Positions 1 through 12,665 are shown, numbered from the stretch's first letter. The stretch: 64,000 nt of DNA from Chiloscyllium plagiosum (GCF_004010195.1 NC_057733.1:39312668-39376667), one strand, 5' to 3'. The notes: generated from the letters alone by a model not told the origin. Made by a program: numbers and translations.

Positions 1-457
1 CGCCCCATCCAATCTACTTGGTCTAAAGAGCTTCCAATCAATATTTGGGAAGTTGAAATCGCCCATGGCTACTACCCTGTGGCTTCTGCACCTTTCCAAA
101 ATCTGTTTCCCAATCTGTTTCTCCACATCTCTGCTGCTATTGGGGGGGCTATAGTAAACACCCAACAAGGTGATTGCACCTTTCCTATTTCTGACTTCAG
201 CCAAAACTACCTCTAAAGGCAGATCCCCTTGAACTGCCTTTCTGCAGCTGTTATACCATTTTAATTAGCAACGCCACCCCCCCTCCTTTTTTACCACCCT
301 CCCTAATCCTACTGAAACATCTGTAACCAGAAACCTCCAACAACCATTCCTGTCCCTCTTCTATCCACGTTTCCGTGATGGCCACAACATCGTAGTCCCA
401 GGTACCGATCCACGCCTTAAGTTCACCCACCTTATTTCTGATACTCCTTGCGTTGAA
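1..457 (-). mobile_element. CR1-clade LINE ORF2 fragment, APE endonuclease N-terminus (runs off the left edge)
   Basis: Minus-strand translation FNARSIRNKVGELKAWIGTWDYDVVAITETW...GGGVALLI and, after frameshift, VYYSPPN...VAMGDFNFPNIDW, which are APE endonuclease motifs. Confidence 0.9.
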
Positions 458-2378
458 AGGTGTAGGGAAAGCTGGATGACTAGAGAAATTGAGGTTTTGG
501 TTAAGGAAAAGAAAGAAGCAAATGTTAACTATAGACAGGATAGATTGAATGAATCCTTAAAAGAGTATAAAGGTAGTAGGAGTATACTTAGGAAGGAAAA
601 CGGGAGAGCAAAAAGGGGACATGAGATAGCTTTGGTGAACAAGGTTAAGAAGAATCCAAAGGGATTTTATAAACATATCAAGGACAAAAGGATAACGAGG
701 GAGAGAATAGGGCCCCTCAAAGATCAGCAAGGCAGCCTATGTGTGGAGCCACTGGAGATGGGGAAGATACTAAATGAGTATTTTGCATCGATGTTTGCTG
801 TGGAGAGGAAATGGAAGATATAGAACGTGAGGAAATAGATGGTGACATCTTGAAAAATGCCCATATTGCAGAGGAGGTGGTGCAGGATGTCTTGAAATGC
901 ATAAAAGTGGATAAATCCCCAGGACCTGATCAGGTGTATCATAGAACTCTGTGGGAAGCGAGAGGAGTGATTGCTGGGCCTTTTGCTGAGATCGATGTAT
1001 CATTGACAGTCATAGGTGAAGTGCTGGAAGACTGGAGGTTGGCTAACGTGGTGCCACTCTTTAAGAAAGGTGTTAAGGACAAGCCAGGAGACCATGGACT
1101 GGTGAGCCTGACATCGGTGGTGGGCAAGTTGTTGGAAGGAATCCTGAGGGACAGGATGTACATGTATTTGGAAAGGCAAGGACATTTTTTGAAAAGTAAC
1201 AGAGAGCATTAATGAGGGCAGAGTTGTAGATGTGATGTATATGGACTTTATGGACTTCAGTAAAATGTTCGACAAGGTTTCCCATAGGAGGCTGGTTAGC
1301 AAGGTTAGATCTCACGGAATACAGGGAGATCTAGCCATTTAGATACAGAACTGGCTCAAAGGTAGATGACAGAGGGTGGTGGTGGAGGGTTGGTTTTCAG
1401 ACTGGAGACCTGTGACCAGTGACATGCCAAAAGGATCAGTGCTGGATCTACTGCAATATGGGCATTAAATAAATGATTTGGATGTGAACATAGGAGGTGT
1501 AGTTAGTAAGTTTGCAGATGACACCAAAATTGGAGGTGCAGTGGACAGCGAAGAGGGTTACCTCAGATTACAACAGGATCTGGACCAGATGGGCCGATGG
1601 AGTTTAATTTAGATAAATGCGAGGTGCTGCATTTTGGGAAAGCAAATCTTAGCAGGACTTATACACTTAATGTATACACTAGGGAGTGTTGCTGACAAAG
1701 AGACCTTGGAGTGTAGGTAGATAAGATAGTGAAGAAGGCATTTGGTATGCTCTCCTTTATTGGTCAGAGTATTGAGTATAGGAGTTGGGAGGTCATGTTG
1801 TGGATGTCCAGGACATTGGTTAGGCCACTGTTGGAATATTGTGTGCAATTCTGGTCTCCTTCCTATTGGAAAGATGTTGTGAAACTTGAAAGGGTTCAGA
1901 AAAGATTTACAAGAATATTGCCAGGGTTGGATGATCTGAGCTACAGGGAGAGGCTGAACAAGCTGAGGCTGTTTTCCCTGGAGAGTCGGAGGCTGAGGGG
2001 GTGACCTCATAGAGGCTTACAAAATTATGAGGGGCATGGATAGGATAAATAGACAGAGTCTTTTCCCTGGGGTCGGGGAGTCCAGAACTAGAGGGCATAG
2101 GTTTAGGGTGAGAGGGGAAAGATATAAAAGAGACCTAAGGGGCAATGTTTTCACACAGAGGGTGGTACGTGTATGGAATGAGCTGCCAGAGGAAGTGGTG
2201 GAGGCTGGTACAATTGCAACATTTAAGAGGCATTTGGATGGGTATATGAACAGGAAGGGTTTGGAGGGATATGGGCTGGATCCTGGCAGGTGTGACTAGT
2301 TTGGGTTGGGTTATCTAGTCGGCACGGACGGGTTGGACCGAAGGGTCTGTTTCCATGCTGTTCATCTCTATGACTCTA
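458..2378 (+). mobile_element. 5'-truncated HER1-like CR1 LINE (ORF2 linker, RT, 3' UTR), decayed
   Basis: ORFs 476-823, 811-1212 (KSPGPD, WRLANVVPLFKKG), 1729-2004, 2027-2299; FADDTK at ~1510; 3' end ttggaccgaagggtctgtttcc...ctctatgactcta. Confidence 0.95.
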
Positions 2379-2935
2379 GATAAATGTGAGGTGCTGCATT
2401 TTGGAAAGGCAAATCAGAGCAGGACTTATACTCTTAATGGTAAGATCCCAGGGAGTGTTGCTGAACAAAGAGACCTTGGAATGAAGGGTTCACAGTTCCT
2501 TGAAAGTGGAGTTGCAGGTAGATAGGATAGTGAAGAAGGCGTTTGGTATGCTTTCATTTATTGGTCAGAGTATTGAGTACAGGAGTTGGGAGGTCATGTT
2601 GCTGCTGTACAGGACATTGGTTCGGCCACTTTTGGAATATTGTGTTCAGTTCTGGTCTCCTTCCTATCAGGAGGATATTGTGAAACTTGAAAAGGTTCAG
2701 AAAGGATTTACAAGGATGTTGCCATGGTTGGACAATTTGAGCTATAGGGAGAGGTTGAATAGGCTGGCCCTGTTTTCCCTGGAGCGTCGGAGGCTGAGGG
2801 GTGACTCTATAGAGGTTTATAAAATCATGAAGGGTATGGATAGGATAAATAGTCAAGCTCTTTTCCCTGTGGTGGGCGAGTCCAGAACTAGAGGGCATAG
2901 GTTTAGGGTGAGAGGGGAAAAATTTAAAAGGGACA
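2377..2935 (+). mobile_element. Second HER1-like CR1 fragment directly abutting the tail of the first, without its own 3' tail
   Basis: Restarts at DKCEVLHFGK; ORF 2500-2952 (LVRPLLEYCVQFWSP-type C-terminus); similarity stops near 2935. Confidence 0.92.
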
Positions 2936-3053
2936 TGGCCATATCCTGGTGATCCATGTTTCAAGAAGAAGCATAACTCTCATGATTCAGGAAACACATT
3001 TGCTTCCTCAGCCTCCACTACTGAAACTAGTAATCAGATTTTCTGCCAGTCTG

Positions 3054-3351
3054 GTCATAGAGTCATAATCATAGAGATGTACAGCATGGAAGTAGACCCT
3101 TCAGTCCAACTTGTCCATGCTGACCATATTACCTAACCTAATCTAGTCCCATTTGTCAGCACTTGGCCCATATCCCTCCAAAGCCTTCCTATTCATATAC
3201 CCATTCAGATGCCTTCTAAATGCTGTAATTGTACCAGCCTTCACCACTTCCTCTGGCAGCTCATTCCGTACATGCAATCACCACCCCCTGTCTTCTACCT
3301 TCTGCCAGTTCTGTATCTAAATGGCTATCATGAGATCTAACCTTCTTAATC
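3054..3351 (-). mobile_element. HER1-like CR1 3' end with a large internal deletion
   Basis: Reverse-complement tail tcatagagtcat...tagacccttcagtccaac joined at ~3280 to RT-region sequence. Confidence 0.9.
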
Positions 3352-4104
3352 GTATTGAATGAAAGGTTCAAATTCGACTTTTCTTGTAAAGGAACTTGTT
3401 GATTTTCTCTCACATTTTCTGCCATTCCTTGCCGTATTTTCACAAAATGTATATTGTGTTCCAAAATGAAAGAAAATCACTCTCATAAATAAATCTGAAA
3501 GGCATTCACAGAGTATCTCAATATGAGGCCTACCTCTAGGTCCAGCTGATTGCAAAACTGTCATTTGAAATAGGCTCATCAAAAGTGAAGCCTTTTGTCA
3601 AATCTATCCCACTATTTCACCTCAGGAACGGGAATTATCATTCTCAATTTGCCTGCCGGTAGCCAGCTGGGATAATGTATCAAACTTCCCTGGTAGCAAT
3701 AATTGTACATAGACTATTTTATTTGATCACAAACAAGGCAGTCATGCATGTCAGCCTAAAAAAAACAGAAGTTGACACAGCCCCCAAAAAGTTGGCAGCT
3801 CAAAAATAGCCCTGAATACAAACTTATGATGTGTGAAAACATGCGACTCGAGTGCAATGTGGGCTTTTAACTGAGCTGTGGCTGTTCTCAAAATACCTTC
3901 AATAGTATGCAAGAAACATAAGTATATGAAAGCCTGAGGGGGTTATAGGTGATGAAGGTGTAAGATTTATTTTCTAGTTGGAATCTGGAGCTCCAGTCCT
4001 CAAAGAAATTTAGACATTCGACACATTATTTGGTGCACTTTCTGTTACACTCCACACTGTATATGTCAGGTGAAATGAAATTTGCTGATTATACATTTTG
4101 ATTA

Positions 4105-4320
4105 GTTGGACAATGCAGCATTTCTTTGTCTGTAAAATGCTTTGGGATATCCTGCGATTGTGAAAGACATACATGATTTTCTTTTCATTCCGTCATAAGA
4201 TGTGAGCATTGCTGGCAATGCAAGCATTTGTTGCCCATTACTGACTGTCCTTGAGAAGATAGTAGTGAGTTGTCTTCTTAAACCGTTGTAGTCTATCTGG
4301 CATAGGTACCTTTTAGAACT
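4105..4320. mobile_element. Two old SINE/LINE 3'-end fragments, tail to tail
   Basis: tgtaaaatgctttgggatatcctgcgattgtgaaag resembles a Deu-SINE (SacSINE1-like) tail; ttcattccgtcataagatgtgagcattgctggc resembles the reverse tail of the SINE at 46685. Confidence 0.5.
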
Positions 4321-4324
4321 AGTC

Positions 4325-6060
4325 TTCAGGCGACAGTCCCAATTCATTAAGATTATGGAGGGGATGCAATCAAATAGCTGTACTCCTTGATGAGGAGAGT
4401 TGATCTGGTTCCCCTCTCTCAGTTGGTTGCAACAAGGTTAATTTACAAAACAAATCGCTTCCCCGAGATATGTTTTCCCAATCTAACTATGAAAATTGAA
4501 AATTAATTTTGAAAATTGATCGGCCTTTCTTGTGTTTAAAAAAACATAGCTTTATGAGCTGGGAAATGCAAGAGAAAAGGAATAAAGTGTGACAGATGAC
4601 ATTAAAACTGAGAATTGAGCAAAAAGATAAAAGATGTATAAATCAGTAACCTTAATCTTACAATCAAGCAATGGTGTTTCAAGTCTCTTTGAACTTCAGC
4701 CACTGTGTAATAGCAATGCTGCTGTTATTTCTATGCATACCTTAAAGCTCTGTCCATATGCAACTAAAACTAATGTGGTAGTCAGTACATCATTCCAGTT
4801 GTCAAGGGCACTCAAGTATTCTTTTGACCATTCAAGCTTCTTGCCTCTCTTTAACAAACTTGTAAACATATATTTGGAACTAACTTCCAATAAACTCCAC
4901 TCAGGCTGATTGATCGCGGCATTTTGTGTTTTATCGTAGGCTGAGTAAAATTCATGATGGTGCTTTTTTTTCCTTCTCCAGGTGATAATAGGTGTTGTCC
5001 CATAGTGTGACACAAAAAAGTCACTCTTGCTTTTACAATTTTGCTTTTAGTTAAATTTATAATCAAATTGGCTCTTTGTAACCAATTAAACTTATGTTAA
5101 GTGTTGTAAATGTGCCTCCCAGGTCTGGCTGATTAAATCTAGTTGCCAATGTGTACAACATTGTTGCATAATCCTTTGATTATCAAATTGATTTTTTAAA
5201 AAAAGTTGTTGGTGCATTTTTCATTTTAAGATGGCATGACTTTACATTGATAAAGTCAATTTGGGATTGCAAAAGCTGATATTGCTTTGATTGTGTCAGT
5301 CAATGGAATTTGCAAGATTCCTTTGACAAGCCAAGTTTTGGAACAAACTGCTTGTCCAATCCTCTGAACATAGTCCTCTGATCATGTATCGGATATGAAT
5401 CCACATTTGTTACTGTATTGCTTTTGTGATAATATATATATCAAATGATTTAGTTTTGGTACCATCATAATAGGTGAGCTCCACCTATTGAATCAGTTCA
5501 ATGTAGTCATTGTCCATCATAAGCTCCATCTCTTTCGTCATGTTGGCTAACTTCCCTGGGTTGAATTATCAAGACGTTTTATGGTCAATGCCATTCCCTA
5601 CATTAACACGTGATAATGTATGCTGTTTTAAGTCACTTCAGCAGTTTTCTGGGAGAAGGTATAATCTTCCATCTAACTTTTCAAAGATCTCTGTATTATC
5701 CAATCTAATATTGGAGGATCAACTTTAGCCTTTTCAATTTCTCATTAATTCTCATTATTTCTCTCCTTGTTTTGCCACTGTATATACACTTCTCATCTGA
5801 CTATTCTATCTGTCTTAGTCTAATCTTAACAAATGAACATGACATGCTCACTGATTACAGTCCCCTGTCTGGAGTAGACACTATGTAATTCACAGAACTG
5901 AGTTTCTTTTCCATTTGATGCAGACTGATGAATCTTGCTTTTCTCCACTGCCAGAGTCAGGTAACAGCTTGTTTCCACCGACCAAACCTTGAAACTCTTG
6001 TCTTTTTGTCTGCTTTAAGTTTCATTGTTTATTGAGCATTTTTCAAATGCGATTTGGCCA
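4325..6060 (-). mobile_element. Decayed Ty3/Gypsy pol (integrase C-terminus, RT, RNase H) with probable 3' LTR fragment
   Basis: Minus-strand peptides KARFISLHQMEKKLSSVNYIVSTPDR (~5865-5941), WSSPIMMVPK (~5455-5485), MKNAPTTF (~5200-5224), INLTKSKIVKARVTFLCHTMGQ, TSLLKRGKKLEWSKEYLSALDNWNDVLTTTLVL; many stops and frameshifts. Confidence 0.8.
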
Positions 6061-6061
6061 A

Positions 6062-6310
6062 CTCAGAGTCAGACAGTACAGAAAGGGTCCTTCGTCCCAT
6101 CGGGTCAGTACTGCTAAACACATACTACTATCTACACTGGTCCCTTAGCCTTGAATGTTGTGATACTTCAAGTGCCCATTCAAGTATCCGTGCTGTACAT
6201 CTCTATGACTCTATGATTCTAAGTACTATTTTAAGGTTGTGAGGTTTCCCATTTTCAACTACCCTCACAGGCAGTACTTTCCAGAACCCCACCACCCTCT
6301 GGATGAAAAT
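6062..6310 (-). mobile_element. Old CR1 3' end carrying a tiny nested insertion
   Basis: gtccttcgtcccatc...ccaccaccctctggatgaaaa match reverse CR1 3' UTR and FxQRVVxxW C-terminus. Confidence 0.75.
6187..6220 (+). mobile_element. 34-bp HER1-like CR1 extreme 3' end with 5-bp TSD
   Basis: tccgtgctgtacatctctatgactctatgattct flanked by AAGTA (6182-6186 and 6221-6225). Confidence 0.85.
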
Positions 6311-6360
6311 TGCATACCCTAAAATACAGACTACCCACAACAGGGGTATCAGCCACACTA

Positions 6361-6424
6361 TGTCAGGCAACTGAACCCCAGTCTCCCACATGACAGGCAA
6401 GGATACTAATCATGCACTAATGAG
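6361..6424 (-). pseudogene. tRNA-Asp(GTC)-derived pseudogene or SINE head
   Basis: Reverse complement ctcattagtgcatgattagtatccttgcctGTCatgtgggagactggggttcagttgcctgaca is colinear with vertebrate tRNA-Asp; CpG decay, damaged B box and acceptor stem. Confidence 0.75.
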
Positions 6425-7057
6425 TAGCTGCTTTAATTAGATTTCCCCAGAAACTTGACACAAAGGTCACAAGTATGGTGTCTAACTTGTGGTTTATAAT
6501 TTTTAAAATTCAGTTATTTAAGTGGTCCTTTCACCTTCTGCTTATATGACAGGTCAACAGGATTGAAACCTGTGGATTCAGTCAGGACATCGCTAATGGC
6601 AAACAATAACAAGAGAACTCCTTTATCCCAAACATTAGGCCAATCATGATGATAAACCTCAATCATGGTAATTAAATCTTTTCAATGACCTTCTGCAGGC
6701 TTCCCCCACTTTCTAAAAGAAACTGTTTCGGTCTCCATATCCTTACACCTTTTATTTCTTTTTGCGGCAATGACTCAATTTGCTCTCCTCTCTTCTATCC
6801 TTATTTTATAAAGCACTGAACTATTCATTTGAAGGACTTTTAAAGGCCTCATTTAAATGCATGTAAATGAATTTTCAGAGAACACGGCATTATGCACAGA
6901 ACTTAAAAATAAAACTAAATCTATGTCCTTCCTTCCTTAACACGTCAGTACAGAATGGCAAATCAAACCTAAAGCTGTACCTTGTCCTGGGCATTTCAGA
7001 ACACAAATCTTCAAATAATAGTGTGAAGCTTCATCACATTAGTTAGTTTCAAATCAA

Positions 7058-7159
7058 CCTGTTCGGAGATGTTTTTACACACCTATGGAGCCAGAATGAG
7101 GTTTGCACCTATGCTGTCTGGATTAGAGGTAGCGACACTAACTTGTGCCATAAGAGCCC
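7058..7159 (-). mobile_element. Short tRNA-derived SINE, decayed
   Basis: Reverse reads gggctcttatggcacaagttagtgtcgctacctct..., an A-box-like head with degenerate B box. Confidence 0.55.
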
Positions 7160-7469
7160 ACCTTTGTTGCATAATACAGAGCATAAGGGCCTAGCTAATT
7201 AACAATCGTATAAGATAAACCACAGTAGTACCTTCATAAAAAGTGGCACGTATCATGCACAACAAGATGAAGTTTATTGCACGATAGCAATTGGTACAAA
7301 TTGCATTAATGAGTTAGACATAACCATAAAGTCAGTGAGGAACCCAAGATGACTTGGCTGTCTCCATTGGCACTTCATGCTAGACTTCTTTTTCACCCAA
7401 GGACTGTGTGACATCTTCAGATTGGTACAGCTTACTGCAGTTTCACCATTACCTCATTCAAAGCCATTA

Positions 7470-8824
7470 TAGAGTCATAGAGATGCACAGCACGGAAACA
7501 GACCCTTCGGTCCAACTTGTCCATGCCGATCAGATTTCCCAACCCAATCTCGTCCCATATCCCTCCAAACCCTTCCTATTCATATTCCCATCCAAATGCC
7601 TCTTAAATGTTGCAATTGTACCAGTCTGCACCACTTCCTCTGACAGCTCATTCCATATACGTACCACCCTCTGTGTGAAAAGGTTGCCCCTCAGGTCCCT
7701 TTTATATCTTTCCCCTCTCACCCTAAACCTATGCCCTCTAGTTCTGGACTCCCCCACCCCAGGGAAAAGACTTTGTCTATTTACCCCATCCATGCCCCTA
7801 ATGATTTTACAAACCTCTATAATGTCACCGCTCAGCCTCCGACGCTCCAGGGAATACAGCCCTAGCCTATTCAACCTCTCCCTATAGCTCAAATCCTCCA
7901 ACCCTTGCAACATCCTTGTAAATCTCTTCTGAACTCTTTCAAGTTTCACAACCTCTTTCTGATATGAAGGAGACCAGAATTGCATGCAATATTCCAACAG
8001 TGGCCTAACCAATGTCCCGTACAGCTGCAACATGACCTCCCAACTCCTGTACTCAATACTCTGACCAATAAAGGAAAGCATACTAAATGCCTTCTTCACT
8101 GTCCTATCTACCTGCGACTCACTTTCAAGGAGCTAAGAATCTGCATTCCAAGGTCTCTTTGTTTAGCAACACTTCCTAGGACCTTACCGTTAAGTGTATA
8201 AGTCCTGCTAAAATTTGCTTTCCCAAAATGCAGCACCTCGCATTTATCTAAATTAAACTCCATCTGTGACATCTCAACCCATTGGCCCGTCTGATCAAGA
8301 TCCTGTTGTAATCTGAGGAACCTTCTTCACTGTCTCACTACACCTCCAAATTTGTTGCCATCTGCAAACTTATAACAGTACCTCTTATGCTCACATCCAA
8401 ATCATTTATATAAGTGACAAAAAGTAGAGGACCCAGCTCCGATCCTTGTGGCACTCCACTGGTCACAGTCCTCCAATCTGAAAAACAACCTTCCACCACC
8501 ACCCTCTGTCTTGTACCTTTGAGCCAGTTCTGTATCCAAATGGCTAGTTCTTCCTGTATTCCATGAGATCTAACCTTGCTAACTAATCTCCCATGGGGAA
8601 CCTTGTCGAATGCCTTACTGAAGTCTATATGGATCACGTCTACTGTTCTGCCCTCATCAATCCTCTTTGTTACTTCTTCAAAAAACTCAGTCAATTTATG
8701 AGACCTGATCTCCCATGCGCTAAGCCATGTTGAGTATCCTTAATCAGTCTTTGCCTTTATAAATACATGTACATCCAGTCCCTCAGGATATCCTCCAACA
8801 TCTTGCCTACCACCGACATCAGGC
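7470..8824 (-). mobile_element. 5'-truncated HER1-like CR1 LINE
   Basis: ORFs 8338-8694 (DFSKAFDKVPH, SGVPQGS) and 7530-8099; reverse tail tagagtcatagag. Confidence 0.95.
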
Positions 8825-9074
8825 ACAGCTTAGACAACAAGACTACCAAGAGTGCAGATATCTTGGAGAGTTGTCAGAATGGAGAATACTGTGATAGAGA
8901 GGAGTGAGGCCGTGAATAGAATTAGAAACGAATTAAAATTTTAAGTTTGGGTTATTGCTCAACCAAAGGTCAAGGGAACACAGGGATAACTAGTGAAAGG
9001 TTATTAGTGAATGTTCGGATACAGACACCACATGCAGCAATTTGATCACTAATCAATTTGTCTTTGTTTTTTAG

Positions 9075-9330
9075 GTGAGATTTGTGCAGGGAGAAATGCT
9101 GACCAACAGAGAAGTTCTGCTCCTCTTTAATACAATGCTGTGGGATTTTTCATATCCAAATGAACAAGCATTTCAGTCTAAGATTAACAACTTATCCAAA
9201 GGAATATTTGTTTTCCAATAAGATGGTGGTCCTTCAGTAGTGCACTGGGATGGTTTTCCTACATTATGCGGTCAAGTCCTAATTGTGAAAACCTTCTGAC
9301 CCAGAAGTGAGCGTCCAAGCAACTGAGCCG
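9075..9330 (-). mobile_element. Deu-domain SINE (SacSINE1-like), old
   Basis: Reverse head ggctcagttgcttggacgctcacttctgggtcagaagg, then cagtgcactactgaagg and aaaaatcccacagcattg...gagcagaact, similar to the Deu domain. Confidence 0.6.
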
Positions 9331-12300
9331 TAATGAAAGACCTCAAGGAGCGTGTGTGAAGATTGGTCATTAACAATATTACTGGGAATACTTGGCAATA
9401 TGAAGATGCATCTAACTTTCATGATAGGTGGGAAGAATGTTGGGGCTGTGTGAGGCCTGTATAATTTGCGTTTGACAAAGGGCATGGCAACAAAGGTTTC
9501 TAACCTGCCATCAACTTACCAGGCACTGTGACCACTTGGTATGTGAGTAATGCAAATCCCAATTATGGATAATATGAGAACATTTTGACCAGTTTCATAA
9601 CAGATAAACACTTGATGCAAACTTTAGGAAGGTCTCTGAAGAGTTAACTTCAAATAAGACTAGAGTATATAATGTGTGCAGAAATGTTGCGTTACATTTG
9701 AAAAGCTGATTAGAGCTGATGTTTTTGTGAAGTGCTGCTCACCACAGTAACGTCTGCAGGTTAAATCAGATTTAGTTTGGAGGAGTGGAGAACATGCTGG
9801 GGCACAGGTCGATATTATAATCTGATTTCAGTGGACGATGCTGGAGGAGAAATCTCTGCCTCACATGATGGGCTTAGCAGAGGCCTAGAGAAGCCCGTGC
9901 CAATGTCTTATAGCTTAGAATTTGCATCTACCATCAGATATCCTGAGCCGTGCGTGGGTGGCAGTTAGTGGGTGGTGAAATTAGAGAAGGATTCCTCTAC
10001 AGCTCAAGCCCTAGATTTAACCCTTTGATAAACTTTCACAAATTGTTTTGAGACATTCTTCAGAATAAAGTGACTTCTTAAAGAGACTAAAGTATCCCAT
10101 ATCTGTCCATTCATTTTAAGTCAGCAAATTTTATTTAAAGAATAAACGAGAGAATGGATTATTTTGATAGTTGCAGACTTGCTGCTGATTACATAAGGCC
10201 CCTTTGAAGTTCGTTATATAATTTTGTTTTTCAGTGAACAATCCACTGATTTGTAAATGCTTATCTGACTCTGACGTGAAGGGTTTACTTGCACAAATTA
10301 ATTCAGACCAACATTTTTCGGGAAAAGTGAGTTGGGAAAAATGTAACACCACCATTTCCAGAAAAAGATAGAGATAAGGGTTTCTTGTCCCTTAATAGTC
10401 TTTAGTTCTGAACATACAGATGTGGTCATATTGTCTCCAAACATGCAGACTTTATGTCTAGCATATAGTGGAAGATACAACGGTGTCTCTTTTCTTTGTT
10501 GGTAGTTTTACTCATTGTTCTTTCTAAAGATTTTGAATCCCTGGGCGCCCTCCACTTTACTAAACATTAATCATATATAAATCCAGGTCAGTCAGTGCTG
10601 TTGGGTCTTTTATGGGGCTGAGCCTCACAAATTGTCTATAAACATATGCTTTCAGCAGATTAAGTAGTGATCATGAACAGGAATTCTGACCATTTGATTA
10701 TGGATTCTAGCAAGACTTATAATAAGGCTCTTGGCTAACAAAGCAAAACAAGTTCCCTGAACAACCAACATTTCTCTTCTAAATATTTCTCTTTGGAAAC
10801 AAATATCAATGCAAATTAGAACTTTACTTAAAGTGGCCAATTACTTTATCTTTAGTATGACCTTCATGTCAGCTTCAGTTACAGCCTCATCAACTGTAAT
10901 GAAGGTTTGCTCTGTTAGCAACAACATTGAAAGCCTTTTCCCCAAAAACTAGTTTAATTACATGGAGCTAATAAAGGAAATCATCCTCTGTGCTAACCAG
11001 CCAACTCTTTCAGCTATATCAGTCACCAAGCATTCTGCATATAATTGGAGCATTGCAGGCTGCTCTGTCTCATTAAGATAGATGTTTCTGTTGAAAATGT
11101 AGTAATCAATTTAAATTAAGATGACCAAGAAATGCAATAAAATAATGGAAACATTTGTAGGATAAAAAGCAGGATTTGCAAATGGTTGATTTTTTTCTGT
11201 GCAAGCTTACTGCCCATTATAATCAGTGAGTGGCCAGATCTCCTCCCGTACTCACTCTACTCACGGGCCAACTGAAGGCCTAGGAGCTAAATAATTCTGG
11301 TTTTAGAGCAGAAAACGAATCATGACATCACAAATAGGCTGGACTGTGGGGATGGAGGGGGCAATTTAGATTAGGAAGCTTCCCGTAGCCTTCTGACCTA
11401 TCCGCTCCCTGTTGATGAGGTCAGAGAAAATTCATTTCCAAGACTCTAAATGGAAGAATGGAACAGAGAGATCTGGGAGAACAGATTCTGAAAGAGTGGA
11501 ACAAAGCTGATACAGGTTAACAAAGCCCCCAGCAAGTCCAAGAAAGCAAACAAGGCACTAGGGACTAGCATAGACATTCAGTTATACCCATATAGACATT
11601 AGGTTTGGTGACACTTTGACTGCCTTGGACAGTTTTGTTTTACTGTATGAGGTCCAGTGGGCAAGTGTGGGAGTTCCAAAGGAGAGTTACATAAGTTAAC
11701 TTTGTTTCTATCTCCAAGATGCAGTCAGATCTGCTATGTTTCTGTTTTCATTGCATTTAAGAGGAAGCTGAGGAAGAGGAGCATGAAAGAATATTCTGAT
11801 GGGATTTGATGAGGGAGGGGGAGAGGCTGGTGTAGAGAATGAACACGGGTATGTTGCAGTTTGGCACAATGCCCTGTCTCTGATCTGTATATTCAATGTA
11901 ATTCAATGTAAATATTAAAGTAATTGTACTTCCTTCATTTGAGTCCACTAGTATACTTGAGTATAGGTAAATTGAAACTGTGGATTTTGAAAGCTAGTAC
12001 TGGTGCATCCTGGAGGCACACAGTGGTATGCAAACAGTAGGTCAAAAACCAATTAATTTAAATGGGAAATTCTAAACGGATGTGGATAAAAATGATGAGG
12101 TCAGATTATGCCAGTAATAGGATGTTTTCTATAAAAGAAATCTGGTTTCCAGAAATTGAGTTTCCTGATTCTTAGAGAGTCTTATTCTTGTAACATCCGT
12201 ACCACAACAAATAATCAAAAACATCTTTCTTGCTCCGTCCTTTCATTGGATTCATGTCGATTCAATTCTTACACTGACAAGCAGCCTCCTGTAAAATGGA

Positions 12301-12477
12301 ACTTGCATTTTGTTTGACTTAATTCAAGGCAGAATTTTTAAAAAAAACTTTCACAATCCTTGGCTATAAATCTGAAACTTGTTAAAATTAATTTTGTAGG
12401 GATGAAAACTTGTTTCTGAAAAGACCTATCGTATTAAATATAACATAAAATCTAATTGAAAAAATAAAATATATAAA

Positions 12478-12665
12478 ATGGTGGAGACACGTTCAATTCG
12501 GGCATTCAAGAGGGTATTAGATAATCATTTGCATAGAAGTGATGTGCAGGATTATGGGAAAGGGTGGGTAAATAGCACAATGCCATGAAGTTCATTTGGA
12601 GAGCTGGTGTAGCCAAGATGGGCTGAATGGCCTCCTTCTGCGCTCGAACAATTTTGTGATGCATA
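12478..12665 (+). mobile_element. Old CR1 3' end
   Basis: gatgggctgaatggcctccttctg terminal hairpin motif. Confidence 0.7.

Noticed and set aside
8880-12140. Faint L2/CR1-like fragments at ~8.9, 9.5-10.0 and 11.4-12.1 kb
   Set aside because: Too decayed to delimit or classify by eye
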